Position numbers and translations under genes: made by a program. From positions 1 through 64,000 of IMG/VR virus record IMGVR_UViG_2713896764_000001: a stretch of DNA of 64,000 bases, one strand, 5' to 3'. Positions 9,395 to 19,930 of the stretch are shown here, piece by piece (positions within the stretch are counted from its first letter, which is position 1; every line of letters begins with the position of its first letter). The DNA comes from a virus (lineage: Duplodnaviria; Caudoviricetes). The notes under the pieces were generated by a model. It had not been told where the DNA came from, did not search any database, and worked only from the letters and a program-made list of their open reading frames with translations.

Positions 9395-9564
9395 ATCGAG
9401 GGGCTAATTTGTAATAGTCGGTTAGCCAAAATCCGACTCTATCCCACTGGCAAGTCGGGTCGTGCCGTGTGGTCTAGCCGCAGACAGCCTTTCCCCGATT
9501 AAAGCCATCCGTTCGATGAGTTGGGCGTCGTTGGTTATCCCGTCAACGAAACCCGAAATTCGTG

Positions 9565-9592
9565 AAAGAAATGGCGGCCAAGAAAGCCGCCA
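9565..9592 (-). terminator. terminator at the end of the tail-fibre operon
   Basis: TGGCGGC/GCCGCCA stem, A-rich flank. Confidence 0.6.
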
Positions 9593-9612
9593 CCCTTCCA
9601 ACATGCCAGCAA

Positions 9613-9873
9613 TCAGCCGTTGGCTTTTACCGCCTGCTGCTCTTCCTTGCGCGGATGCAGTTCGGTAATTTGTCGCATCCTTGCGACCAGTCGATCATCC
9701 CTTTTCGACTGTGTTCTTTCTGCCAATTCTTCAAGAAGTGTCAGAAAAGCCTCAAGCGCAAAGTCCTTGTTGATTAGGCGCTCGGCAATGCCAATAAACA
9801 AAGCCTTAAAAAAGCGCTTAATCAAAAGGACTAGGACATTGCTCTTGAGAAATCCTAGTAGCGCACCGATCAT
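9613..9873 (-). CDS. hypothetical amphipathic phage protein
   Basis: GGAGG RBS before ATG 9873; hydrophobic N-terminus and AERTQSKRDDRLV motif. Confidence 0.65.
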   Translation of the reverse strand: MIGALLGFLKSNVLVLLIKRFFKALFIGIAERLINKDFALEAFLTLLEELAERTQSKRDDRLVARMRQITELHPRKEEQQAVKANG

Positions 9874-10059
9874 GCAGCCTCCTTTCCGATGAGTTGGTGG
9901 GTAAGCGTTACCCACCGTGACGGACTCAGATTTTGCAACAACCAAACAGGTTTTATCGTTCCCATTGGTCGGGTAACGCTCGCAATGATATTGCCCTTAC
10001 CCAAAACAAAAATCAATAAGCGCTTACTTATTTTTAGGTTAAAAATGTTCAACTGCTCA

Positions 10060-10668
10060 TTATTTGTTCTCAAGCGCCACTAAGCGCAAATCAAGCTCTT
10101 TGATTGCCTCCAGAAGCACCGGAATGATGCCGTGATAACGGACGCCCAGCATGTCACTGTCGCCCTCTCGCTTCACGATTTCAGGCATGACTTTCTGAAT
10201 CTCCTGAGCAATCACCCCATACTCACGGACACCATCCGTCAGATCTTTGCGCAGGTAGGTGTAGCCACGCATTTTGCGCACCATTTCGGTTGCATTGAAG
10301 ATAGGTCGAATGTCCGTTTTCAGGCGGATATCAGAGTATGCCGTAACGTTCTGTCCCGCCCAAACACCGCCAGCGGTCTTAATTGACTCATTGCCTGCGT
10401 TGGCGACATACAGGCTTTTGTTTCCGCCAATCCGCACCCACGTAATGTCCTGCATGTAGATGGAGCCGCCGTAGGTCGGAAATGTAAGCGGTGTCGTGCT
10501 CTTTAACGCCAACTCGGACGTTACCGTAAAACCAGCATTCTCTGCCCACATCACGACAACAGCAGGTTTGCCGGACACAGCCGCCCATGTAGGGTTGTTG
10601 TTTGGCGAGTAAACTCGCTGGCCTTGGTCGAAGACCTGACCGTTCTGCATTGTTTTGTAGTTTGTCAT
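10060..10668 (-). CDS. short tail fibre protein with S74 intramolecular chaperone
   Basis: AYSDIRLKTDI...GVIAQEI S74 motif; RVYSPNNNPTW fibre repeat. Confidence 0.85.
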   Translation of the reverse strand: MTNYKTMQNGQVFDQGQRVYSPNNNPTWAAVSGKPAVVVMWAENAGFTVTSELALKSTTPLTFPTYGGSIYMQDITWVRIGGNKSLYVANAGNESIKTAGGVWAGQNVTAYSDIRLKTDIRPIFNATEMVRKMRGYTYLRKDLTDGVREYGVIAQEIQKVMPEIVKREGDSDMLGVRYHGIIPVLLEAIKELDLRLVALENK

Positions 10669-10676
10669 ACCGATCC

Positions 10677-11210
10677 TTAGCTAAAAATGGTTAAGTCGAA
10701 CCAAGATGAGTTAGCCACCGCTTCAACGATTTTCCCGACCGTTGAGCCAGCGCCGCCCTTGGTTAGATAAGCGCCCGATGTATACGACAGCGGGAAGTCT
10801 TGCTGATACCCCTTGTCTGTCCTGATCCGACAGCTAATCGTCGTTCCTGAGAACTGCGCAATGAACAGCCGGAAGGCATATTCCTGTTTCTGCATGAATG
10901 TAGCGACGGTAATTTCCGAGATTGCATGACCATGAATGCTTGTCGGGTTTACCGAACCCGCGCCATTTGACCTACGATAGCCGGTATAAATGATCAAGTT
11001 CATAATACCGCCTTCTTGCCATGTTTTCGGTGTTACGCGAACAACCACGGCTCTTTGCTTACCTCTCAAATCACCAAGTGAAATAGGGTTTGGAGAGGCA
11101 ATTTTGGCAAGGTTACGAACGTCAGCATCACCAAGCGCAACGGTATTTGAGCGACCAAGCTCCCTTCGCACCATATCAAGCGAAATTTCACCCGAGGTAG
11201 GTAGTGCCAT
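10677..11210 (-). CDS. fibre-tip adhesin / receptor-recognition protein (gp38-like N-terminus)
   Basis: MALPTSGEISLDMVRRELG...ISLGDLRGK N-terminus typical of fibre-tip adhesins. Confidence 0.65.
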   Translation of the reverse strand: MALPTSGEISLDMVRRELGRSNTVALGDADVRNLAKIASPNPISLGDLRGKQRAVVVRVTPKTWQEGGIMNLIIYTGYRRSNGAGSVNPTSIHGHAISEITVATFMQKQEYAFRLFIAQFSGTTISCRIRTDKGYQQDFPLSYTSGAYLTKGGAGSTVGKIVEAVANSSWFDLTIFS

Positions 11211-11252
11211 TAGTATTTCCCCTAAGTGGGCGCTCATCAGCGCCCAACGCTG

Positions 11253-11486
11253 TTATCGTGCCGAAACAATCTCTTTGAAATTTGCTTCCATCTGTTGAAG
11301 ATGAGCCTCTGCTTTCTCCAACTGCTCTTTTGCCGCAACCATATCGGTTTCTCGCTCAGCAACATTGATTTCCGCCTCATGTAAATCAAACATTGCCTCT
11401 CGCTCCGCTCGTTGCTGGTCATTCAACGAAGAACAGCCAGTAAGCGCCATTACTCCCATAAGTGCGAATAGATAAGCTACTTTCAT
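11253..11486 (-). CDS. small lipoprotein
   Basis: MKVAYLFALMGVMALTGC lipobox, AGGAGG RBS, coiled-coil body. Confidence 0.8.
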   Translation of the reverse strand: MKVAYLFALMGVMALTGCSSLNDQQRAEREAMFDLHEAEINVAERETDMVAAKEQLEKAEAHLQQMEANFKEIVSAR

Positions 11487-11494
11487 CACCCCTC

Positions 11495-13159
11495 CTAAGC
11501 AGCACATTGTTGTTTAAGGTCTTCAACTTGAGCACTTAGCTCTTTCACCGCCTCAATCAGCAACGCCACCATGTTCCCGTAGGCCACGGTCTTTAGATCG
11601 CTGATTTCTTCGGTAGATGCGGTCTGAATGACCTCCGGCAATACCTTCTCAACTTCCTGAGCAATCACACCTGCCTGACGGAAGCCATTCTCGGAATCCT
11701 TACGAGTGAAGGTGACGCCTCGAATTGCCTTGACCTTTTCAAGCGCATTGTCGATGACCTGGATATCATCTTTAATGCGAATATCAGAGTAAGCCGTTAC
11801 GTTCCCTTGGGCGTAAACATCGCCGTTTGTCGTAAGCATGATCATCTTATTGCTCTTGCCAACCCAAATCCGTGTTTCACCGGTCTGGTCGAGAACGTCA
11901 ATGGCAAAAACCCGAGCGTTTGAGGCGTCCGTGTAGCGGAGCATGTAAGTGGCAGAAGAGCCAGTTGTCGGTGCGCCTCCCACATCAATGGCCGCGTCCC
12001 GGTCAACACCCCAAGCACCGTTCGCAGGTTTTTTAATTCGAACAGATTTCACAGCTTTGGAGTATTCACCAACGGTCATGTAACCATCGGTTCGAAGCAC
12101 CGAACTGTAGCAATAAATACCACTCTCGAACTGGTTGTGCGGGTTAAGTCGCAGCCAGCTATCATTCGTGCCGCCAACCGCCGTTTTGCCGTAGTATTGC
12201 AGCCCTTGGCTCGCCTCCATGCCGCGAGCATCTACACCAGTTACAGCGGTGATTTTGCTCGAAGAAGTGAAGTTTGCCGCTTCTACGGTAATGTCACTGC
12301 CAGCAACGCTAAAGCGAACGTCATAATCCTTGGTTGAGTCAGTGTCGTGAAAGTCAATATACTTGCCGATCTCCATGACGCCGTCGCCGCGAATCTTCGG
12401 AATCTTGTTGATTACTGATGAGCCGGCAGCAACGTCACTAATGGGAACTGCGCCAATATCAACAGGCGTAGGCTTGTGAGAAGACGTATAGATTCGCTCC
12501 CATGACTTTTCGAACCCAAAACTATCTCGGGCAGATTTATACCAGAGGCCACCATTGGCATAGCCAACCCTAAATTGTGCCGCAGGGCACGAACCTGAGC
12601 CTTTGAAGTGAATGACCATATTTGAAGCACCGGACATAGACCCCTGATAAACCCCTGACCGGTTCCCCCACGGAATTTCATCGACAGCCACCGATCCGGA
12701 CGATCCCGCACCATAAAAATAACGGCTATTGGACTCTGACTCCGTATAGTATCTGTCGTCATGGTTATGGGAGGCAGGCGCGAACGTTGTCGGCTTACCG
12801 TCAATTTCATCCCATGTCGGCTTATGAGCAGGGCTAAAGTAATCACTTCGACCATTCAGCAGCGCCGCATCCGCAGCTTTTGCTGTTTTGCCAAGGTAGT
12901 AGCCGTCACCCTGCGCTTTGGTCATTGCGCCAACATCGGCTGCGGTAGGCTTAAACCCTTGGTGATATACCTGATTGCCGCTAACCATAAGATCTCTGTT
13001 GAAATAGAACTTAGGTCTATCGGTATAAATGTGAGCGTAGCTAGTGTTCTTCGGTCCGAACTCAATATAGCCGCCGTTCGTCGTCATTTTTATGCCGACC
13101 CCACCGCTATCTTGAAGAACAGAGCCATTCCCCAGCTTTAATTCATCAACACGTAGCAT
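11495..13159 (-). CDS. tail fibre protein with S74 chaperone
   Basis: fibre repeats, GVMEIGKYIDFH, WLRLN, C-terminal AYSDIRIKDDI. Confidence 0.9.
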   Translation of the reverse strand: MLRVDELKLGNGSVLQDSGGVGIKMTTNGGYIEFGPKNTSYAHIYTDRPKFYFNRDLMVSGNQVYHQGFKPTAADVGAMTKAQGDGYYLGKTAKAADAALLNGRSDYFSPAHKPTWDEIDGKPTTFAPASHNHDDRYYTESESNSRYFYGAGSSGSVAVDEIPWGNRSGVYQGSMSGASNMVIHFKGSGSCPAAQFRVGYANGGLWYKSARDSFGFEKSWERIYTSSHKPTPVDIGAVPISDVAAGSSVINKIPKIRGDGVMEIGKYIDFHDTDSTKDYDVRFSVAGSDITVEAANFTSSSKITAVTGVDARGMEASQGLQYYGKTAVGGTNDSWLRLNPHNQFESGIYCYSSVLRTDGYMTVGEYSKAVKSVRIKKPANGAWGVDRDAAIDVGGAPTTGSSATYMLRYTDASNARVFAIDVLDQTGETRIWVGKSNKMIMLTTNGDVYAQGNVTAYSDIRIKDDIQVIDNALEKVKAIRGVTFTRKDSENGFRQAGVIAQEVEKVLPEVIQTASTEEISDLKTVAYGNMVALLIEAVKELSAQVEDLKQQCAA

Positions 13160-13209
13160 TCTACATCCCTTAGAATGAATACTGTAAGTAAGCGCTTAAT
13201 TATCACAAT

Positions 13210-13242
13210 AAGCCGACCACTTCACAAGATTTGGTCGGCTTT
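13210..13242. terminator. hairpin / terminator
   Basis: AAGCCGACCA/TGGTCGGCTT stem. Confidence 0.55.
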
Positions 13243-13250
13243 ATCGTTGG

Positions 13251-16200
13251 TTAAATTAGGCGTCTGAATTTGAAGGTATATGCCGACGCCGTCAGCGCGT
13301 GTGTCGAGCGGATTTGCAGTGACAGACCATCGCTACTCTTCGCCGCACGCTGATCACGGGCAGTTCGCAAGAACAGCGTCCTTCCGTTGGAGGCGTGACC
13401 CGCTTTGTGAAGCAGAATCTCATCGACATCGAGGCTGTTGGTTTCCTCCGAGAACCATGACATTACACCGGTGAAAATCTCTCCGTAGAGCGACGTAGCG
13501 GATGATGCCATGCCGGAAATCTGCACCATGTAAGAGCCGGATGGCAAATCGGCCAAGTTGATTCCGGTATCAAGCCACTCTGTCCCAACTGTCAAATTTG
13601 TCTCGATGGTGTAAAGCGGCAGCCCCAAATCATCCAACGTTGGCTTGTTGTTCGGTGAGTAGAACTTACTACCCAATTCATCGCGCAAAGTCGAGGTGCT
13701 GAAAGCAGTCAGCGAGTCATTCACTTCGGCATTCAGGATGGTTTTCACGCCGTCCTTGTCTTCGCGATAAGGAATGACCTTGAACTGGTCTGCCTTGTTG
13801 TAGCCAGTCACGGTTCCAACAAATGCTCTGCCGATAAACTCAACATGGGCGTTTTGAACGTTAGACGCGCCATTCGCGTTAGTCGCATTGGCAAGAGCCA
13901 GCCACTTCACCCCGCCATGCAGCACGGACACAATCCGCCAGTTCCAGTCAATGCCCTGTCTAGACAGACTTGCCGAGTTGCCCTTGTAGCCAGTCTTCAC
14001 CTCAAGAGACAGGCACTCATTGCGACTTGTTCCGTCATCCCGAGTGAAGCTCATTTCGCCCGAAACATAGCTATGTGCAATGGGATCGCCACTTGTGTAG
14101 CAAGGCACAAGCAGAATAACTACAGAGCAATAGTGATGCGAGAATGAGAACTTAATCTTCTTCGCAAACCGGCCATCCGACTCTGACTTGCTGTAGACAC
14201 CAATCTCAGAAGGCGTTGGCTTATGACCCTCAGAATAGACTCGCTTACCGTCCAGCTCGTAAATCTCACCCTGAACATCCAGCTTAGCACCAAGTCCTTG
14301 AGTATTGTCCCCAGCTCGCTGCAGCCGCAGGGAGTAACCGGAACCACCTGGCACTTCTGCATCGTGCTCTTTGTGGATAAGCTCAACACCCTGAGTATTA
14401 GCCGTGGAGAACTTGATATGCGGTCCCGTTCCCACAGTAGTGTCAGTGTCATACAGCCACAGGTAAGGGTTCACTCGCTGCACTTTAAGGTTGCCGGTCA
14501 GAGTGCCACCCGCGACAGGCAGCGCACCGATGTCGGCAGGCTTCGGCTTGTTGTTTGGCGAATATACCCGCGCCCCACGCTCTTTCAGATCGCCCAGCTT
14601 CAAGTTCATACCGCCAGCGGCATTAATCTCAAGGATATCTGCCTTCCCAACACCCTCAGCACGAGTTCGGAACAGCCAGCCTAACTTAGTATCCTCCTTG
14701 TCAGTGGAAGCGTAGAACGTCATGCGGTTTTGATGGTTTGAGCCAACGAAAGCCCCCGTTCCAAGCTGAAAGGCAAATGGGTTAGCCGTTGCAATCGAGC
14801 ATGTTCCGGTTACTCGCAGATCTCCAGCCACTTCCCCGCCCTTGTTCGACAGCGCACCAACGTCTTGAGCGGTTGGCTTGTTGTTCGGTGAGTAGACTCG
14901 CTGACCGGCTTCTTTAAGCTGGCCTGTCACCACATTAAAGCCACTTTTGGAAATTGTGACGACATGCGCCCCGTTTGCGCTATCAGGCGCGTGGTAGAAT
15001 GACAGGCCATTCGCCGCATCAAACCGGTAAACACTAAGCCCGCTGGAGTTAACCTTCTCAAAAATATGCGCAGGCTTCTGACCGCTAATTTGAACGGCAA
15101 GGTGGCCGCCGATGGTGTCACCCGACTTGGAAACCGCACCTACATCTTGAGCCGTTGGTTTAAACTCCGTTGAGTAGACATACGCCCAGTTTCGCCATGC
15201 ACCGCTGTAGCGTGTCCGATATGCCAGACGGCCAGTAGCCGCAGATGTGCCATACGGGATCGCAATCTGAGTGACGTTGCTTGTCGTGCCGTAAACATAC
15301 TGCTGAATGTAGTGATAACCGGTTTTACACTGAGCGCTACCGTTACTGCCCGACTCCTGAATCAACTTGTGATAAACACCGCCGTTCGCTGGCAATGCGT
15401 CAATGTCTGCCGTCGTTGAGCCACCATCGGTTTTACCCGTCGCCTTAAAGCCGCCACCAGAAACCAGACCCACTTGATCGAATGTCGGCACTTGGCTCTT
15501 TGTGTAATAGCGACCGTCATGCGTATGGCTGTCATTTGCCACTGTAGTCGCGATTGACACGTCCCCGCTACCATCCAACTGCACTGAGCCAGAAACGTCA
15601 CCTGTCAGCGATACAGTGCGTTTTGCAGCCCATTTTGATGCAGTGGCAGCGTTACCCGAGATTGCGATGGCGTAAGTGCCAGACAGACGAGCAGCCGGAA
15701 CGATCCCTGACAAAAGGTTCGTTGCGTTGGTAAAATACTCAGGCGCTTTAGAGCCAAGCATTTCCGCATTTTTGGCCGAGTTAACGGAAATACCGTAATG
15801 GCCGGACAGGCGAGCGGCATTAACAACACCCGCATTCAGGTTCGAAGCGTTTTGGTAGAAGCTACCCTGCTGCCCATCCAGAAGATCAGCGTCCAAGCCT
15901 GAGCCTGCACCGTCGTTGTTGGCGTGCCAAATCGTTGCGCCCTTCCACTTGAACTCACCGTTTCGGATTCGAAGCAATTCAACTCGAACATCATCTGTAG
16001 GCGTGTAAGACTCAAACAGAATACCGCCATCTACAGAGCCGCCCGTGCCGTTCGTATCAATCATCCGGAATACGCGAGCATCGTTGTGTTGACCGAAATA
16101 GGTGTCATCTGACAGAAGCTCTAAGCCCTCACCAATTGCGAACTTCGCTTTACCGGCTACGCTGATTCCTGCTTGGAAGGTCATTGCGCCGGTAAACGTA

Positions 16201-17300
16201 TCACCAGCCTTGTTTGCCTTTGTCGCCAGTTGAGCGTTAATTGCGGCAATAGCCTCGCCTTTGTCAGTCAGCGCATCAGCCAGCTCTTTAAAGCTGTTCA
16301 GCTCTTCGCTTGCCCCGTTCAAAATCGCATCAAACTTCGCATCAACCTGTGACTTCAGGTAGTAGCGCGTGTCGTGGTTGTGCTCGGAAGGTGGCAGCGT
16401 GCTTGGGATGCCGGTGATGTCACTCCAAGACGGCTTGTTATGCTTGGAAAAGACGTGCTCACCATTCTCGAAAATCGCCCCTGTCGAGTGGAAGCCCGTT
16501 GTTAGGTCGAGGTCAACGGACACTTCAACGTCAAACTCAGTGTGCTCGGCTGGAACTTCGACGGCACTCTTGATGTTCCAAGCGTTGTGCGGGGAATATT
16601 CGCTATCCATGTAATAGCTAACTTCCGCATCCGCATCAATGAAGACCTCAATAGCTACGGGGCCGTAAGTCTTATCAGCCTTATTTGTCACAAGACGGAT
16701 GAAGCGAATTGTCCCGTTACCATTGTTGTAGCCATTTGAGGCAAGGATATTGATGTAAGGGCTTTTCCCGTAAGCCACACCAGCCTCAAAGCGAACATAC
16801 CCATGCTGGCTACTCTGCCCCTCGCAAATGGTGAAACGACCATTGCATCGCGAAGCACCCTCGTAAAGACGATACCATTTTCCGCCTACACACTGATGCT
16901 TGGAACTCAGCAAACCAACATAGCGACCATCATGGCTATGGCCTGACAAAGAAAATGCACTTGCGCGCTTACCCTCAAGCGTAAAAGCATCTGGGTTATC
17001 AAGGTTAAACAGAATCTCTTTGGAGTTTTGGTTTGCAATTACGCGAACCCCCTTGCCGCCCTTCATAGCAACAGAGGTATTTTCACCAGGGATGTTTAAT
17101 GTTCCCTCGTTCGCAGCAATGCTGGCGATGGACTTGATAGCCTGAGTTCGAGAGCCAAAAACGAAAACTTCACCCGAGTCGTCCTTTGAAAACACGACAC
17201 CATCACGGGCGTTAATGGCTAGTTCTCCCACTTCCAGATCTGCCGGAAGAGGAACCTTACCCGCCTCAAACGTTTTCTTTAGTATAATTTTGTTGCTCAT
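13251..17300 (-). CDS. long tail fibre protein
   Basis: about 1350 aa; GELAIN N-terminal anchor, GAGSGLDADLLDG, repeated VYSPNNKPT modules. Confidence 0.9.
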   Translation of the reverse strand: MSNKIILKKTFEAGKVPLPADLEVGELAINARDGVVFSKDDSGEVFVFGSRTQAIKSIASIAANEGTLNIPGENTSVAMKGGKGVRVIANQNSKEILFNLDNPDAFTLEGKRASAFSLSGHSHDGRYVGLLSSKHQCVGGKWYRLYEGASRCNGRFTICEGQSSQHGYVRFEAGVAYGKSPYINILASNGYNNGNGTIRFIRLVTNKADKTYGPVAIEVFIDADAEVSYYMDSEYSPHNAWNIKSAVEVPAEHTEFDVEVSVDLDLTTGFHSTGAIFENGEHVFSKHNKPSWSDITGIPSTLPPSEHNHDTRYYLKSQVDAKFDAILNGASEELNSFKELADALTDKGEAIAAINAQLATKANKAGDTFTGAMTFQAGISVAGKAKFAIGEGLELLSDDTYFGQHNDARVFRMIDTNGTGGSVDGGILFESYTPTDDVRVELLRIRNGEFKWKGATIWHANNDGAGSGLDADLLDGQQGSFYQNASNLNAGVVNAARLSGHYGISVNSAKNAEMLGSKAPEYFTNATNLLSGIVPAARLSGTYAIAISGNAATASKWAAKRTVSLTGDVSGSVQLDGSGDVSIATTVANDSHTHDGRYYTKSQVPTFDQVGLVSGGGFKATGKTDGGSTTADIDALPANGGVYHKLIQESGSNGSAQCKTGYHYIQQYVYGTTSNVTQIAIPYGTSAATGRLAYRTRYSGAWRNWAYVYSTEFKPTAQDVGAVSKSGDTIGGHLAVQISGQKPAHIFEKVNSSGLSVYRFDAANGLSFYHAPDSANGAHVVTISKSGFNVVTGQLKEAGQRVYSPNNKPTAQDVGALSNKGGEVAGDLRVTGTCSIATANPFAFQLGTGAFVGSNHQNRMTFYASTDKEDTKLGWLFRTRAEGVGKADILEINAAGGMNLKLGDLKERGARVYSPNNKPKPADIGALPVAGGTLTGNLKVQRVNPYLWLYDTDTTVGTGPHIKFSTANTQGVELIHKEHDAEVPGGSGYSLRLQRAGDNTQGLGAKLDVQGEIYELDGKRVYSEGHKPTPSEIGVYSKSESDGRFAKKIKFSFSHHYCSVVILLVPCYTSGDPIAHSYVSGEMSFTRDDGTSRNECLSLEVKTGYKGNSASLSRQGIDWNWRIVSVLHGGVKWLALANATNANGASNVQNAHVEFIGRAFVGTVTGYNKADQFKVIPYREDKDGVKTILNAEVNDSLTAFSTSTLRDELGSKFYSPNNKPTLDDLGLPLYTIETNLTVGTEWLDTGINLADLPSGSYMVQISGMASSATSLYGEIFTGVMSWFSEETNSLDVDEILLHKAGHASNGRTLFLRTARDQRAAKSSDGLSLQIRSTHALTASAYTFKFRRLI

Positions 17301-17343
17301 AATACTTTCCAAAAACGGGGGCTAAGTAGCCCCCAAAAACGTC

Positions 17344-18624
17344 TCAGAACGTGCCGCCATCAATGGTGAAGCCATCAATAGCAGAGGTTGAAGCACCCGC
17401 CCCTGTCAGGTTTGCACCCAGCGTTACGTTACCTCGTAACGTAGCCAGTTTGTTCACTGTCAGGTTCGAACCAATCAATGCGCTCGCGGTCAGCGACAGA
17501 TCTTTCACGATTGTTACCGTGTTTTCAAAAGTCGCTGCGCCAGCAACTCGCAGAGCGTTAGCTACAGTGATCAGGTCGTTGGTGATTGTCAGACGCTTTG
17601 CGGTTGCGCTGTCGGTAATACCGCGAGAGTTAAACGCACCAGTCGCAGTCAGCGCCGTAAAGCGACCGGTAGATGCGGTTCCTGCACCGATGGTTGTGCC
17701 ATTGATAGCACCGCCAGCCACGGTAACGTGCGTGATTGTCACTGTGGTTGCGCCAGTTCCATCAGCGCGCAGAGTCCCGCCTTCAATAACCAGCGCGCCA
17801 AGGTTAGAAATGCCCTTCACTGTCAGCGAGTTTTCAAATGTCGCCGCAGATTTAAAGGTTGCCGCCTCATTCACCGTCGCACTGCCAAGAACTTGCAGGT
17901 CGTTACCAACCTGAGTTCGAGCATTGTCGATATCCAATTGACGAGTGGTTGCGATATCACGGAAGCCGCGAGTAGTGAAAGTGCCGCCGGCTACAGTGAC
18001 GTTGCCTGTAATTGACGCGCCAGCCTTCACAATAAGGTTTTTGTTGGCAGTGAGTGTATTGCCGACAGTAACCGTGCCTACGATGTTGGCAGAGCCGCCG
18101 ACCGCCAGAGCACCACCGATATCAGCGCGTTCATCAATAGCCAGGTCATAGCCTGAGAATGAGCCGCGAATATGCACATCCTGTAGGTCGCGGAAGCTGG
18201 CCGCCGATTTGTTCTCGCCCGTGCCAACGTGAGCCGTGAAGTAGTCACCGGCTTCGTCCCACACAAAAAACGCTGACAGTGCCGAACCACGCTTAACTTC
18301 GAAGCCTGCGTTTTCGGTTGGCGCAACGTCAGTGGCAATATCCGAGTTCAACTGAATAATCGCGTCACCAATGTTGACCTCGTTTGAGTTAACAGAAGTT
18401 GTTGTGCCCTTTACGGTCAAGTTACCGTCGATAACTAGATCGCCTTTCAGCACGTCACCATCTTTTCGGATAAACGCACCGGCACCACCAATCTCTTTAA
18501 CCTCACCTGAGCCACCGATAAACAGGATTTCGCTCAGATTCGAGAACGCCAATTCACCATCGGCCAGCGTTGCAGGCGTGTTGGTGGTATTCGAGCGTTT
18601 GATCTTGATAATGTTCGTAGACAT
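17344..18624 (-). CDS. tail fibre / fibre-attachment protein
   Basis: IKIKRS...LADGELAF anchor, beta-rich G/T/V repeats, IDGGTF terminus. Confidence 0.75.
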   Translation of the reverse strand: MSTNIIKIKRSNTTNTPATLADGELAFSNLSEILFIGGSGEVKEIGGAGAFIRKDGDVLKGDLVIDGNLTVKGTTTSVNSNEVNIGDAIIQLNSDIATDVAPTENAGFEVKRGSALSAFFVWDEAGDYFTAHVGTGENKSAASFRDLQDVHIRGSFSGYDLAIDERADIGGALAVGGSANIVGTVTVGNTLTANKNLIVKAGASITGNVTVAGGTFTTRGFRDIATTRQLDIDNARTQVGNDLQVLGSATVNEAATFKSAATFENSLTVKGISNLGALVIEGGTLRADGTGATTVTITHVTVAGGAINGTTIGAGTASTGRFTALTATGAFNSRGITDSATAKRLTITNDLITVANALRVAGAATFENTVTIVKDLSLTASALIGSNLTVNKLATLRGNVTLGANLTGAGASTSAIDGFTIDGGTF

Positions 18625-18924
18625 TTAAAATGCTCCGCAATTGATAACTAGGCCACGCACTTCCACGGTGGCCTCATACTTCCCTGTTTCTGCGTTAAAT
18701 TGCAGAAGTGAGCAGTCTTGGCGATTGGTTTCATCAATATCGTTCGCTCCCGAAATGAGATGAGGGCCGGGAATCCCCTGAAAGCCCTGCGAAATAACCC
18801 GAACATGGTCTTTTGTCACAACCACATTCATCGCGTCTTGATTCACAATCACCTTGGAGCCAACTTCCTTACTTGGCTGCTCCGTATCTCCACCGTTCAA
18901 ATTTCGAATGACTAAACGAGTCAT
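18625..18924 (-). CDS. hypothetical tail-associated protein
   Basis: GFQGIPGP motif; INCGAF end resembles the neighbour's IDGGTF. Confidence 0.65.
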   Translation of the reverse strand: MTRLVIRNLNGGDTEQPSKEVGSKVIVNQDAMNVVVTKDHVRVISQGFQGIPGPHLISGANDIDETNRQDCSLLQFNAETGKYEATVEVRGLVINCGAF

Positions 18925-18928
18925 CTAA

Positions 18929-19420
18929 TCATTCCTCCGGTAACGTCGTTGGCACATCCGGCAGCTCTGGCTCCGGTTCTGGCTCTGGCTCTGGCAGCTC
19001 AACTGGGTCTCTCGGAACCTCAGCAATCATTCCCTTGACGCTGAACCGGCCAGTAAGCAGAGGCACAACCGTCTTCTCACTGCCAATATTTCCCTCTGAG
19101 CCACCCATTTCGATAGCCTTTGGCGTTGGCGCATAGAGAATGAGATCGTAGTGCCAGTCACCCTCTAGCAAGTCCTCTGTTTCCCGAGGATTAATGCCAA
19201 TTCGCAGCTCCCCTTTCATTGGCTCTGGAATCTGGATTCGCCCATTATCGGTAGAGAACTCAAGAACGAGTCTTGAGTCTCTTGTAGGCTGTCGTCTTAC
19301 TTGCAGAAGTGCCTTGTAGCCAACGATATTTACTGGCTCACCGTCCTCCTGACAGTAAGTAACAGCGAATCCGAACGAGCGACCTTTTGTTAGCCTAAGA
19401 TTCTGATATCCTGCTTCCAT
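18929..19420 (-). CDS. fibre-attachment / BppU-like Ig-fold protein
   Basis: PVNIVGYKALLQVR...WHYDL...LLTGRFSV pattern; PE-repeat tail. Confidence 0.65.
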   Translation of the reverse strand: MEAGYQNLRLTKGRSFGFAVTYCQEDGEPVNIVGYKALLQVRRQPTRDSRLVLEFSTDNGRIQIPEPMKGELRIGINPRETEDLLEGDWHYDLILYAPTPKAIEMGGSEGNIGSEKTVVPLLTGRFSVKGMIAEVPRDPVELPEPEPEPEPELPDVPTTLPEE

Positions 19421-19438
19421 CAGTCACCGCTTATTTAT

Positions 19439-19930
19439 TCAGATAAAACGCAAAAAGCCCTTCATGGTGCTTACATGACGTTTGCGACGGCAAACCTCAT
19501 AGCCCTCTCGTGAGCCTTCGTCGTTCGTATTCCCTTCAATGGTGTAGACATACTCACCTTCGACATACTCAACAATCCCAGCATGACCGTTGCCGGACTG
19601 GAAAATCTGAATGAACACATCACCAGGCTGAGCGTTGTTCACACAGCAAACACGCTTCTCTTTGGCCTTGTTCCACATCGTCCCGCAATGAGCAGTCCGA
19701 GGAACGCCCGTAACACCAACTTGTTGAAGACACCAATAAACAAATGCCATACACCAAGGGGCTGGGACATTGATGCCTGCGGAGGTTAGATACTCACGAA
19801 CTCGCTTACCGTCATTAGAGCCGCGAGGAACTTCTTCAACGCCAACCTCGCCGTTCGCAACGGCAAGTAGCTTTTGAATCAGTTCTTGTTTGACTTGATA
19901 ATTTTGATTATCCATAACACTGTTCTCCAT
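19439..19930 (-). CDS. CHAP-domain endolysin
   Basis: PWCMAFV (Cys), GHAGIV (His), TIEGNT; follows the holin; true start may be 19915. Confidence 0.88.
   Translation of the reverse strand: MENSVMDNQNYQVKQELIQKLLAVANGEVGVEEVPRGSNDGKRVREYLTSAGINVPAPWCMAFVYWCLQQVGVTGVPRTAHCGTMWNKAKEKRVCCVNNAQPGDVFIQIFQSGNGHAGIVEYVEGEYVYTIEGNTNDEGSREGYEVCRRKRHVSTMKGFLRFI

Noticed and set aside
17351-18628. Long + strand ORFs antisense to structural genes, here and throughout
   Set aside because: Shadow ORFs of codon-biased - strand genes, with no RBS or motifs
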